A stretch of 64,000 nt of DNA from Guillardia theta CCMP2712 (Eukaryota; Protista; Cryptophyta): the NCBI RefSeq assembly GCF_000315625.1, contig NW_005434590.1, positions 179,560-243,559 of the forward strand, given 5' to 3'. Made by a program: the position numbers and the translations under genes. Under the pieces are notes generated by a model. The model made no database searches, had not been told where the DNA came from, and worked only from the letters and a program-made list of their open reading frames with translations. Of the stretch, positions 48,519 to 62,066 are shown in pieces. Numbering within the stretch: the first letter of the stretch is position 1; the number at the start of each line of letters is the position of its first letter.

Positions 48519-51340
48519 TCAGTCAGTCCTCGTGCTGGGTATCACCTGGGGCCCGATGATGAGGGAGACGATATTCTTGACGTCCCATCCGTTGACTTCT
48601 GTCCCGTCGACTGAAATCTGACAAGAGAAATTAACCCCACCCTCCTTTTCCCTCCGCCTCCAGTCCATCATACCCCATCCTCCTCCCCTTCCTTATCCCA
48701 GCACCTCCCAATGATGTTGACCTCCATTTGATTCTAACTGCCCCTGCTGCCATCTACTCCCCTTCCTCCGTGGTCGAAATTCCAACAGGTTTCTCCCTCC
48801 CTCCCTTCTTCCCCTCCCTTCTTCCCCTCCCTCCCTTTCCTTCCTTTCTCTCCCTCCTTCCTCCCTCCCTTCTCTTCCTCCTCCTCACCAGCTGGTCTCC
48901 TCGCCGTATCTGTCCTGACGACTTTGCCGGGCCATTGGGTGCCATGCCGGTGATGAACACGTCGCCCTTGGCGGTCATGCCGAAGGAGATGCCGATGCCG
49001 ACCGGGTCCTCAGGGGAGAGCTGCTGGCCGGGGATGGGCTGCCGCTGGATGATGACGAGCTTCTGCGTCCGCTTCTGCTGCATATCACGACAGAGCCCTC
49101 AGCAGCGCCTGCTCCTTCACCTTCATGGCTGGAGATTTACTGGCAGTGTCTGGTTGTGCCTGAGGAGTCTGCATGAGAGCGTCACACGAGGAGGAGAAGA
49201 GCAGTCGCTGGTTGCCTGCATGTCCAGGAGGCGAGGGCTCATGTATATCCTCTTCTCCTTGCTGTTGCCCTCTGCGATGGTGTCAGCAGAGCTACCCATG
49301 CCGGCTCCTCCTACCTCTAGGCGCGCTGTCAAGTCCGATGCTCCATCGCGGCTGAGGGTCTCCTCGCTCTTGCGGCTCCTTGAGCTGCTCTGATGAGGGC
49401 CTGAAGAACCTTCAGCGTCCTCCCCCCAGCTCGCCATGTGGCGTCACCTCCCCTGCGCCAGGAGCAGCGAAGACTCGCGGGTAGCGCGATGACGATCAGT
49501 CTCTGTGTTGAACTGCAGCAGATGCTTGCCTGAGCAAGAAGCTCTTCAGCCCTCCCCTCCCCTCCCCTCCCCTCCTCTGCTCTTCCACCCTCCCACCCTT
49601 CACCCTCCCTCCCTGCCCCGCATGCATCAGCGCCATCTACCGTCATTCAAGATCACGTCTGCGCTCACAAACGTCTTGGGCGACAGAACCTGAACCTTGC
49701 TGGGGCTCTTGCTCTGGAGCCACAGGACAGCTGTCAAGCTTCTCAACCATCATGTTCTCAGCTCACCTTCAACCCCTCCGGCAGCGTCATGTCATGGCCC
49801 CTGTCACAACCTCGTCATGCTCATATCAACAACACTGTGGCTCTTGCCTCGAAGAAGGATGCGAGTCTTGTGAAGAGGGTTTCCTGGGGCTGACAGCAAG
49901 GTCACTCGCTGCAGGGGCCATCAGAGCTCCTGACGTGCTCTCGATCGCCAGGAACTTGGTGTCAGGCGGCGATCGGATATCGAGGATCTGTGTGAGCGTT
50001 AGAGGAGAGGCAGCAAGGGGTGGGTTGGGAGACACATTTGGCTCTAAGGGGTGTAATTGTAATGAGCTGTCCTTGGAAGCTCCATGGTACGATGACTTGT
50101 CGACTGTGAGAGGTTTCTCCTGCTCCTGCAGTTTTTGCCGCAGAGCATTGATCTGGTGTAGGGGTTTCAAGGGATGGGAGATCGTTGCTGCCCAGCTCAT
50201 ACCTCGTCTTCATGCCTCTTCTCTTGATTTTTCAGCTCCATCCGCATAATCTTCAGCTGCAGCAGCGAGTCAAAGTCCCGCAAACTTCCAGGCGATTGGT
50301 TCTAGCACCTCGTTCTGAAGAGACTCGATCTTCTCGCTCATCTCGAGCACCTGCCATCACGATCAGACACTAATTTCCCAGCTCCTCTTTTTGCGCCTAC
50401 AATGTCATCGCGCTTGTCAACGTCATATCTTGACACAGTGCTGATGGACGACCTCGGTCCTAGCGCTGCCACGTCACGACGCGAGCAATTGAGTTCACCT
50501 GTCTACTCACCCCCTGCCTCCGATGCCAACGAGTTTGTGGGAGATTGCCTGAGAGGAGAGAGTGAGAGGAGAAGAGAGTTAGAGGACAGGAGGATGAGTT
50601 AAGATGAAGGGTAAAAGAGCCCGTGAGGTGGGAAGGAGAGGAGAGGAGAGGGGAGGAGAGAGGAGGGGAGGAGAGGAGAGAGAAGGGGAGGGGAGGGGAG
50701 GGGAGGAGAGAGGAGGGATGCACGTACTTGTTGTTGAAGCTCAGGCGCTGACTCTGACTCGTCGGAGGAAGCCTCTCCTCAACGTCTGATAAAATCTCAA
50801 TGATCTAACAAGATAGTCAAGCGCGTGCAGTCTAACTCGGCATCGAAAGTGAGTGACGAGCTTTCACTGAGTACACCTCATTCTGTATCGACTTCTCCTT
50901 GCGCAACGTCAGACACAGTCAATGTAAGCCAGCACATCTCAGACTCACTCTGTAGACATCTCCATGCAACGAGGGGGAGGGGCTCCTGTATCCTCTCCTC
51001 GACAAGGATCTTGGATCTGCATTGGCATCCTCGTTCTCCTGCCCGGGCCAGCAGTTCCAGAAGTTCTTGTTTCTGACATCGTCCACGGATGGTGGTGCCA
51101 GGGACGAGGGTCGAATGGAGCTATGTTTCTTGGTGTTTGTTCCGAGGAACGAGTTTCTGTCTGAAGAGAACTGCCTCGACAACTCAGGATCAAAGTTCTC
51201 TTGTCCGAATATCTTGCGCTGAGGTGTTTCAATGGTGGAGATGGTAGATGCGATGCTTGCATGATTCTGTATCCCCGAGGATGAATTTCCACTCAGAGTG
51301 TCTAGTCTCAAACAAGGAATTCCATCCTGACTCGACATGT
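48519..51340 (-). CDS. Low-complexity protein with C-terminal PDZ domain, multi-exon
   Basis: PVGIGISFGMTAKGDVFITGMAPNGPAKSSGQIRRGDQL|ISVDGTEVNGWDVKNIVSLIIGP, with Ser-rich upstream exons. Both ends uncertain. Confidence 0.6.
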
Positions 51341-51429
51341 CTACCGTAAAGCGCTGCTCCACAAGTCAGCTCGAAACAAACGATGGAGGGAGGGTTATCT
51401 CGGGTGCTTCACGGGTTAGAATGTCTTGA

Positions 51430-52165
<736 letters not shown>

Positions 52166-52874
52166 TGAAATGAAACTTGCGACTTCAGGGCGACATGCTC
52201 CCAGCGGCTCAGACCCGCCTGCCCGTATCCGTCCCCCTCACTTTGATGTTCCCGTAGATGAAGTTGATACAGTGGAAGATAGAGAGTGAAATCAAAATCT
52301 TGATGCCTGCTTACAATTGATTGCATGATGTCTTCCGAGAGATTTTCTGTGTCCCTGATTCTACTAGCCCTCCCTTGTTCACTGTGCGATTTGATCATGA
52401 TGCGAGAAGAGCGCACAGATCTCTAAGTTGAGGACGAGAACAGACGCTCTTGCTGGGTAGTTCGAGGCGAAATTCATGCCTGGTAACTACTAGCAGAAGT
52501 AGAGAAAGAGTACAAGTTGGTGGTTCTTCGAGTGAATAGATTTAGAGACTAGAGTACGTAGAAAGGGACTAGAATATGAGTAAGCCGAATAAACGCGTAT
52601 GCAATGATTCAGTGGAGAAATGAATCATATGATTTTCAAATATCAAATGTTTTGTCATGTCCATCGTATACAGGTAGGATCGTCACTAGCTGATGATACA
52701 TGTGAACTGGAATCATTGGAGTACCACTGCGCAACGTTATCCACATTGCCTTGCTCGGGAGTAGATATCCTATCCCTCATATCCCCTGTATACAAAACAT
52801 CTCAGTCAAGGCGACTCTTTGTAAAGGACAGCAAAAGAAAGTTTGAGAAATATCATCAACTGTAAGTTTCAAAA

Positions 52875-53537
52875 TCACAAATAAGCATACATACCCTGCA
52901 TTGTCTCGTAGAAAGGTTGTACTTGTTGTACGTGTTGATGACTTCCAGGCATGCACATCATTGGAGCAGGAAAGGGTCCCACTACGTCGTTGAAAGGAAG
53001 CTGCACGTGGTTTTGAGGCACAGGATCGACCAGATTTGGAGGAATGATCTGTTCATTGAACCCACCCATGTCTGCGAGCTCGTATCTCGGAGAGGAAGAG
53101 GAGGACGCTTGAAACTGGAACATGGGTCTGTTGCTGGCTGCTTGTGGGTATACTCCCATCTCCTCCCCGGCAAAGTGCAGCTGCGGTTGTACCATCGTCG
53201 CAATGGGAACATCCCTCAACCCGCTTTGTGTATGAAGAGCGTTGTCATTATTGCTGCTTTCTTCGCACTCATTTTCGCCCTTTTCTTTCTGATAAGGCCA
53301 CTTCATGATCCCTAGCTTTCTGCAAGCATTCTTCAACGCTGTCACTGACAACCCCTAAAACATGAGCGAGTAAGCCTCGTTGAACAACGATATTGGATTC
53401 AATACCAGGTGGTTGGCAGCATCTGCTTGCTTCATATGAAACAAGCTTGAGATGTCACTTTCTGAGAGAAACAACGGGTTGGATCTTGTGGATTGTCCTG
53501 TTTTCTTCCGGGGAAAAACTTGAACTCGAGGATACAT
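52875..53537 (-). CDS. RWP-RK (NIN/MID-like) transcription factor, 2 exons
   Basis: MYPRVQVFPRKK…ISSLFHMKQADAANHL|GLSVTALKNACRKLGIMKWPY, with a 51-nt GT-AG intron at 53355..53405. Confidence 0.9.
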
Positions 53538-55124
53538 AGTTACGGTGACGATTTTGGATAATGGTGCCTTTATCCAATCGTTCAATTTCCTCCTACAGAC
53601 TCGAAGCACAATCTGAACACAAAAGGGTGAAAACAGAAAAACAAAAATTCCTCGGGATGCATGGGCGTTTTTCCATGAAAGAAAGCAGAATACAGTAGAG
53701 AAAACTTGATGTGATTACATAAACCAAACATATTGTTATGAAGGGGCGAAATGTCAAGAAAAATCAGTTTGCTCACGCAATGGAAGAGAATTCCAAAGGA
53801 AAGAAATCAACAAACAAAAACATTCAAACCAAAAAACTTGTTAGGTAGACAAAAACGATGACAATCATTGAGACGCACAGAATCACAACAAGTTCAGGTT
53901 CCTCAAACTCCCAGGTAACACATGAGCAAAAAGGGTCAGGTATGACATTTTGGTTAAGGAAGATAATACAAACAAAGCAATCTAGAATGAAAGTGCGCAA
54001 AACATTTTAAACTGGGGCAACAAGTGAAGAAATCGACAAATCACATTTGTCAAGTAGAAATTATGTCAATCAGAGGCAAGAACGCTGAACTTACACAAAT
54101 GCAGAGGAAGGAGTTAATGTTCAAGAACAATGCACTAGATTGACTGTGAGTGTGAGAATGAGGTCGAAGGCAGGAAGGAACAAAACATTTCCTCTCCTCG
54201 AGATCCTGCGACTCCTTGCTGTCTCGGTGAGGGGGTGCAGCAGGAGCCGCCTGGTGGAGGGGGGGGCTGGGTCCGTAGATATCCTGAATTACTACACTGT
54301 TTGCAATGTATGAAATTGAGTCTTTTCACTATTGCTTTAAAACATTTTGTAGATTGTTATCGTTTGCGATCTCTTCGACTGGCACCCCTACCCCTGAGAG
54401 ATTCATGTCTCTACTACCACCCCACCCCTTCATTGTCCATGACTCTCGACTTTACCCCTGTCAACTACCTCGAGGACCCTCCCTTTCATATTCACCTGTG
54501 GGAGGGTAGGGTGTGCGAATGTGATGACAGAGGCCCAGAGTCAAATCACCCTTCAGAGGATCTCCCGACAAAATGTGGGGATGGTGGGGGTAGTAGTGGG
54601 TACGTTTCCCGACCACAAAAAATAGGATACTTCATGAATTTTCAAAATTCATTTTTCTTTTTGTGAAAGTTTCAAATTTGATAAGTGAAACGTTCAACTT
54701 TTTGCTTCCCTTTTCCTGAAATTGTTATTCCGATCTGCTGACGGATGCTTGCGTCTCCTTATAGATATACATTGATAACGAGTCTTTTCAGATCCTGTTT
54801 TTGGCTCTGGCCTATATCTGCGTCTGTTCCTATAGAATGCACCGAGAGGAATCCGAAATTATTTGGAATATTCAGATATTTTTTGAGAATATTCATTTTA
54901 TTTACATGAATGTTTTAATGGCCTCAAATCCGGAAAAGGCTGATGTATAGGGGGGTAGTGTTGACTATGACTATAAAAACCACAACGTTCCGTCAATTGA
55001 ATCTGTCAAGAATTCAAGCATTCGACCGCCTCCTTCCAGTTCCGATATCCACCTTTTTGTTTAGTCAACGGAAAGCTCCGACTTCCGTGAATCATAGGTG
55101 AAGCAAGCCCCCCTCAATGGCTGA

Positions 55125-56065
55125 CCTGAGGCCCGGGGCTGCGGCTCACGGGGGCCACATCGAGCAGGTCACGCAGTGACGGACCGTGAGAGTGGTATCC
55201 TGAGACTCGGGATCACTACCACTCCTACTGCTTTTTAACTTAACTTTGAGTAAAGAATTAAAGGGGCCAGAATCGAGCAACCCGTGTCACGGTGTCGGCG
55301 GTCGGACTCTGTGACCAGCGGTCCGTCCGGCGGGATCATGTGACTACGGAGTGACTCTCATCTGCGGCCGGGCCGGCCGCCGCACTGCCGCAGTCACGCG
55401 GCAATGAGCGGCGTCGCCCGCTGGCAGGCTGATGACAGTGACGCCCGCCGGGCCCGGCCGCCCGGCGGGCCCGCCAGAGCGCCGATCGCCGGACTCGCCG
55501 CCCGGAACTCTGAGTCATCGGATCCGACAGCCTGAGTCCCGGATCATCCGCCCGTGGCAGCGGCCCCGGCCGACTCGGACGCCAGGCTCAGCTGTCGCCC
55601 GCGGACCCGGCTCAGGCCGGCGGCTCCGAGGCGGCCGCCTCTTGGGCCGGGTGACGGCCCCGGGCCCGGTCAGTGCCAGGCCAGTGCCGCCGCGCCGCGC
55701 GGCGGCCAGGCCAGCCCGGCCTGTGAGTCGGCCCCCGTCCGACTGGCGGGGGCCCGGTCCACCCGACCGGCGACTCAGCCGCGGGGCCCCCGTGACTGGG
55801 CCCACGGGGTGACCGCCGCCGCCGTGCCCGGAGTACCCGTACGGTACCGGCGCCGGTGCGGCATCATTCCGATCGGACTCCGCGAGTCGCTGAGTCGGAC
55901 CGTCGCTTCAGGAACGGGTTGAACGGTTGAACCGTCCGATCTACTGCCGTAAGTTGCCAGTGGCGGCCTTCTGAGGCCCCTTGAAGAAGCCGGCGGGGCC
56001 TGCGGCACTCAACAGGTGACTAGCCGCGAGCTGAGCCTCCCCAGTGAGTCCGAGTTCCGAGAGGC
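55125..56065. other. GC-rich, CCGG-rich intergenic island
   Basis: Largest island. Contains the shared 21-mer at 55234 and lies between divergent genes. Confidence 0.7.
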
Positions 56066-56671
56066 TACAAAAAGTTTTATTTTAAGATTCAAATTCAAAT
56101 TCAAATTTTCGACACACCAGCGTTTCCGGGTGGCCAAAAAAAGAATCAAAACTTTGAAACTTGCCATCAATGGGGAAGGGCTTCCAGGGAAAGCATGGCG
56201 CGGGAAACGGCTAGTCACTAGTAGTGCGAAGAAGGAGAAGCATGGAAGGGAGAAGGTTTTCCATAGAGCAGACGGTGAGGCTCACGGGGGGGGCTGACTG
56301 CTCGTGTCACTCGCTATGTCCGAGCAACCATCGGAGCTCAGATCAACTTAGCGACTTTTAGTGCAAGTTGGCGACAGAGCGCAGCGCTCAGGACGAGAAA
56401 CTTGCATGATCACTGAGAAGGGATAAGAGGAGGCCAGACCATTCGCGCTTTAGAAGGATTCTTTCCTGTCAGGATTCATGTGCGATGTTACAAAAGGACA
56501 ACCTTGTTCCAATAGCCCATAGGTTACTCGTTACCTTAGAACTTGTTTACAGAGCATTATGTAGTGCCATGATATGTGATAGTATTGAGACGTATCACCT
56601 CAACTTTCTGATCTCGATGAGTCTAATATCTGACTTTCCTTCTGCTAGCGTGCTTTCAAACAGGTGAAACA

Positions 56672-57614
56672 CATGGCAACAAGTAAAAAAACGAATCCAA
56701 GCGATGATCTTTTCGATTCCTGGCCCTCCCAATTGTTCTTGAACCTTCTCGATCCCTTTTTTCATTGCAATGATGAGCACGAGATACCCTCGGCTCCCGC
56801 TGTGGACTGGAATGCTCATGTCGACGGCATGGTGGGCGATCTGAAGACGCAGGACATGGCGGAAGCCGATCGTTCTACTCCTTCCAAGGAAGAGCAGACA
56901 TTCGCGAGGGCATGGGAGGACCTCTTCATCGATCATGCTGGGGACGCAGAGTCGCCCAAGGACGTCACAACGTCAACGTGGAGTCTCCTCACTGACAGCT
57001 TCGACTGCTGTACGCCAGCAGAGGGCACGCGACTACGGGAGGTGCAGCGGGAGACTGTGATTACATCCAAGAACAAGGAGGATAGTGACATCTCCCAGTA
57101 CCTCTCCGACGGGTTCGGCAATCTTGCCAACTTCCTGCCCCAGTCTTCTTCCTCTCCTACCCAGCAGTATGGAAGTCTGCGCGTGGAGACAGAGCTGAGG
57201 GCGAGCAAGCTGAGAGGAGTGAGGACGAGGCTCCAGTCGATGATGTTGGAGGAGCCGTCGCCCCGGGCGAGAGGCAAGAACTTGGAGGCGATGAAGAAAG
57301 CGATGAAGAACTCATGGGCAGGTGAGTGATGAACCATTCTAAGTCCTGCTGTCTGTCTCAACATCTTCATCATTCCTCCCCCTCCCCTCTCCCCCCCACC
57401 ACCTCCCTCTCTCTCCCCCGCCTTCCCCTCCCTACATGGTAATCTCTACATAACCCCAGCCCCCGTTCATGGCCAAACTGCTGCAAGACTTGTCCTTACT
57501 CCGTTGCCCATGTTTCTTCCGAGTTCTCCTAACCATTTTCTTCCCTCCCACTCAACAGATATCGAGAGATTACGCGAGCTCCGTCGATCGAATCATCCTT
57601 CCGTCGTCTCTTGA
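56672..57614 (+). CDS. Hypothetical protein, 2 exons
   Basis: ORF from the ATG at 56672. A phase-1 intron after …KNSWA leads to DIERLRELRRSNHPSVVS*. Confidence 0.55.
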
Positions 57615-57820
57615 CTATTTTATCTCTTCTCTTAGATCAGATTGCAGACTTAAGACACAACCCGAACTTTTCAACACTGCTCGTGCTTCCGTCCTCACAA
57701 GTTGCATTCCCTTCTACTGAGCCCTCTTCAGTTCCTCCTATCCCTGCTCCTCGACCGACTACGGCGCCGTCCTCGGTCCTCATACTCTCTTCGTCTGTCT
57801 CTGATGATGTCCAGTCAGCT

Positions 57821-59950
57821 TCAGCAGACAAGTAGAGTTCTGTACCTGTCTCGCGATCGAGATCTCCTCCTCTCCCCACTTCTGTCCCCTCCTCTGTCCC
57901 TGTCCCTGTCCCTTTCTCCTCTGTCCCTCTCTTTATCCTTGTCATAGAAGTCCCTGCCCTTGTTCCTGTCTCTTTCTCTGCTCCTGCTCCTTTCCCTTGC
58001 TCGGTCTCTGCTCCTGCTCCTCTCTTTCCTCTCCCTGCTCCTGCTCCTCCTCGGCTTCTCCTCCTCTGGTTTGCTCGAGCTTTTGCCATTATCCCTGTTA
58101 AAGGCAAGATCAGAGGCAGTCAAGACGAGGAAGAAGAGCCAACGTGTTCTTCTTGTATTCCTGGTCAATGAAGTCCGAGATCTTCCTCTTCGAACCCTCA
58201 TTCTGAAAGCGCCAAGTTAGCGACCATGGCAACAAATCCACTGACAAGGGGGGATGGGGAGAAATGGGGGGGCTCAAATCAAAGAGGAGCAGGCTGATGG
58301 AAGGCTGACTTGACCCCCCACCTCGTCAGATGAAGAATCCGAGCTCTTTGAGTCTGCCATCAGGGCATTAGCGTCTAGAGATGTGTGGAGTGTCGTTTAC
58401 CGTCTTTGTCATCTTGTCCTTTCTTCATCTCTTTCTTCGCCTACAGGTATCAGGTCAGCGAACATGAAGGGGTTAACAACGGTAAGTTACCTTCTTGAGC
58501 TCTTTCTTCTTCTTCTTCTCTTCCTTCTTCTTGGCTTTCTTCTCTATCATCCAAGATCAGCCACATCCAACTTCACTTCTTCGATACGCTGCTGGAAAGA
58601 TACATCATCATCATCATCATCCTACCTTTCTTTGCTTGTTTCTCTTGCTTGTCAAAGGCACTCTACCAGGTGGTTACAATCAACTTCGACGCATGACTGA
58701 ATCACTCACGAGAGACTGTGTAAGTTGCTTTTCCCACAGCTCATCCGGGTCAAGTCTCTGATAGCAGCAACGCATCAGAATCGTTCACTGCCAGTGTAAC
58801 CAGATTCTAGTGTTCGCTCAACCTTGATGTCTGTCGTCGGTTGGCTGACTTTTTTCACAATCGAAGCCCCATACTCATCATTGAAGGTCTGTACAGCATT
58901 TAAACCCCATCGCTCTGAACAGTGAGCTGCCATCAACGTTTTACCTTCTGAAGGTGGGGGTAAGATCTTGCAGCAGCCGCCGCCGCCGCTGTGCAAACCA
59001 TGTCAGCACCGAGTCCAAGTGAAAAAGTCGAGAGTATACCAGCAGTCTCTGTTATGTCTTTTTGCTTCTTGACTTTGGCCTGTTGATGCAAACATGCGAT
59101 GAGATCGGAGAGATCAGAATCAATTGAGAATCTGGACCTTTTCTTCTGCATCGGCTTGCATGATCTGACATAGCGTGAGTGAGCACGGGAGTAAGATACA
59201 TCGTCATTCATGCGATTCACCTCGATCTCTTCCTCGGGAGGTTTGTAATGCTTCTTGTGATCGACCTTGAGGCAACGTTACACTTGGGGAAAAATTAAGA
59301 ATAACGATCACTCGAAGGGTCCTTCCAAGGAGTTTGGATCCGTTGAGATTGTCTACGGCTAAATTCGTGCTCCTCTGCAACACAACACCATTCAACAACA
59401 TGATATCGGAGTCAGCTAGGTAGATGCACACCTGATCCTCATACGCAAGAAATCTGCGATGAAAGATGGATGGAATGTTAGTCACAAACCAGCCGTGCAA
59501 GATGGAGACTCACGCAAAACCATGTGACTTTCCTGTCTTCTTGTCCCGAGGCAAATGAACATCGACAGGTTCACCGTACTTCACAAGTCCGTCAAGTGCA
59601 TGTACAAGTCATATCTGAAGCAGTTGGACCTGAGAAAAGATGGTGATGACATCTCCTTCAGTCAGCCTATAGTCCAGCCCTCCGACATAGATCTGCCAAC
59701 TCAAATCAGACCGACCAATTACAAAAGCGCAAAGTACATAGGCGCTGTCTGCATAGTTTGCATGCCATGACCTGGAAGATTCACAGGAGGTCAACCAAAC
59801 TGCGCAAGACAGCAAGATGCAGCATGCAAGCTTACGCTTTATCTTCGAGCCCACTTTCAATCTGTCAGCAAGCGTTCAGGGAACTTCTTACACCCTCTAC
59901 AGACGGACCTCCCGCTGGTTGATGCGCTGGAGCTCCTTGACGACATTCAT
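57821..59950 (-). CDS. RBMX2: RNA-binding motif protein X-linked 2 (Snu17/Ist3, RES complex) with RS-rich tail, multi-exon
   Basis: MNVVKELQRINQRE…SWHANYADSAY|IYVGGLDYRLTEGDVITIFSQ|…DKKTGKSHGF…LAYEDQ|RSTNLAVDNLNGSKLLGRTLR|VDHKKHY, followed by an RD/RS-rich last exon. Confidence 0.9.
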
Positions 59951-62066
59951 CCTGATCGGTCTATCGCTCCTCCTTGAGCTGAACAGGAAGACAAGTTGTC
60001 AACTTCAATGCATCCACCCTGCAGTATGAGTCAAACATTTTAATCCGATGACTAAGCAGGAGCAGAACTCTTTGAAATTTCTTGAGCAATGTTCAAGTAT
60101 TGCTCACTTTCTGTCCCCGGATACACATTTACACGTTCCTACACCCTCATCATCTACTCCTCTACACCTTTATTCTAACATCCAATGACACTATCATTGC
60201 AACACCACCTCTGTCATCACAGCCCTTCACATCAAATGCCTCTTGCCATCTTCCATAACCGAGCTCCTACCCTCCTCCTTCCATGGTGTACAGCTCACTT
60301 TCCCTCCTCGATTTCTGACCCTTATCCCCCCCCCCCCCCCACCCCACCCCCCACTTTCAGAGTCTTTGTCCTTCTTCCACGTTCCTCCTCCCTGGCTATT
60401 CTTATACGTTTCTCTCCCCATTCCTCAACCTTCTTTATCTATCACAACAAAGGCCTGGAAGGGCTTGAGCCCTCCCCATCCCCCCGATCCCCCTCCTCTT
60501 TGATTTCCGGCTGTTCCCTCCCTCCGCTGTTCCCTCCCTCCACTGTTGCCTCCCGCTTCATGTCATCCTCCCTCCCTTCTTTTCCCTCTCTGCTTCTCTC
60601 CTCGCCTCCCTCTGGTCCGTTCCCTGCCTCCCTGCCGCCCCCCTTGCCTTCCCTTCTCTCTCATCCAATCGCTTACTCTCTTCTCCTCTCTTTTCTTCTC
60701 CTCTCTTCTCTTCTCCTCTCTTCTCCTCTCCTCTCCTCTCCTCTCCTCTCCTCTTGCCAACCGCCCCGCACAAGAAAATCCTGCATGTGGTATGAAGGAC
60801 TTTGAGTCAGGGGGTGGGTATCCGGTGGGTACTTTCAATTTGGCTAAAGGACGGGGTACTAGCGACACTTTTGTGGGGGTAGTGGGGTTGAGGTAGTGCA
60901 GATTTTCAGATTGAGGGGTAGGGTCATGTGGGTCAGATGTGCGAAATCTTTATCAAAATATTGAAAATACATCTGAATTATCAACTTTGGTTTTAAATCT
61001 AGAGGATATGAGATGCAGTTTTATACTAAATATTTGACAATGTTTGAAACTATCTATTGGCCTGAAATCGTGATGTAGGGAACTCAAAGTTTCTCAAAAA
61101 GGTTTGGAACATTTCAAATATCAATTCAAGTTTTGAAAAATACACAGCGATTGTCATATTGTCCTGAAATCACGAGATCGGCCTCTACTTTCATGCAGGG
61201 GCTACAGGGAGCAGGTAGTGAATCTGGAGCAGATGGAGAGCGGGGCGGGGCGGAGAGGAGAGGAGAGGAGAGGAGAGGAGAGGAGAGGAAATATGAGACA
61301 AGGATATGAGATGTAAGATGAGGATTGCAGATCTGATGTGGATTGCGGATGCATGAGGTGAGAAAGAATGATAAAGTGGATGATGAAGATTTTCTTGGAC
61401 ATCAAGGCATCGAGCATTCATGTTGTTAGTTGTTGCTGTTAAGTTGATGCTGGCTGAATTATTCAACCTGATGAATCAATTGATGAATGAGATAGAATAC
61501 ATTGTTCATGCAGACAGCGGGGGAAGGAGAGAAGAATGCGATGGACAGGATGAGGGTCGCATTGCGAAGAAGTCGAACAAGGGAATGGAGTACAGACAGA
61601 GAAGGTGACAGAGAAGAAGGGAGGACGAAGGGAGGAGGGAACGGTTGAGGGATTAAAGGAGGGATCAAGAAGGATAGAGGGATTGTAGGACTGGAAGGAA
61701 GGGTCGAGGACCGTCTGGAAACGTGGGGCGTAACATAAAGGTGCTGAGGGAGTGATCACAAGCATTGGGCCAGTAGGGTTAGACCATGACCTCGGCCATG
61801 GAGGGATCAGGATTGGGGTGGTATCGAGTTGCAGAAGACTTTCTCACAAAGAATAAGTTCCATGAAGTGAAGGGGAGGGGAGTGAGGGAGTAGAAGGAAT
61901 AGATGGAGGAGGAGACTTCGAAGGTGGAGAGGGTGCAACCCAACGTCGCATTCATTATAACCATCTGCTCTTCATGACTTTGATTGATTTGTGACATTTC
62001 GAATCAGATGTATTGATAAGGATTGTTATTTAACGATACGGCTCGCGATACGTCAATGACTTCCAT

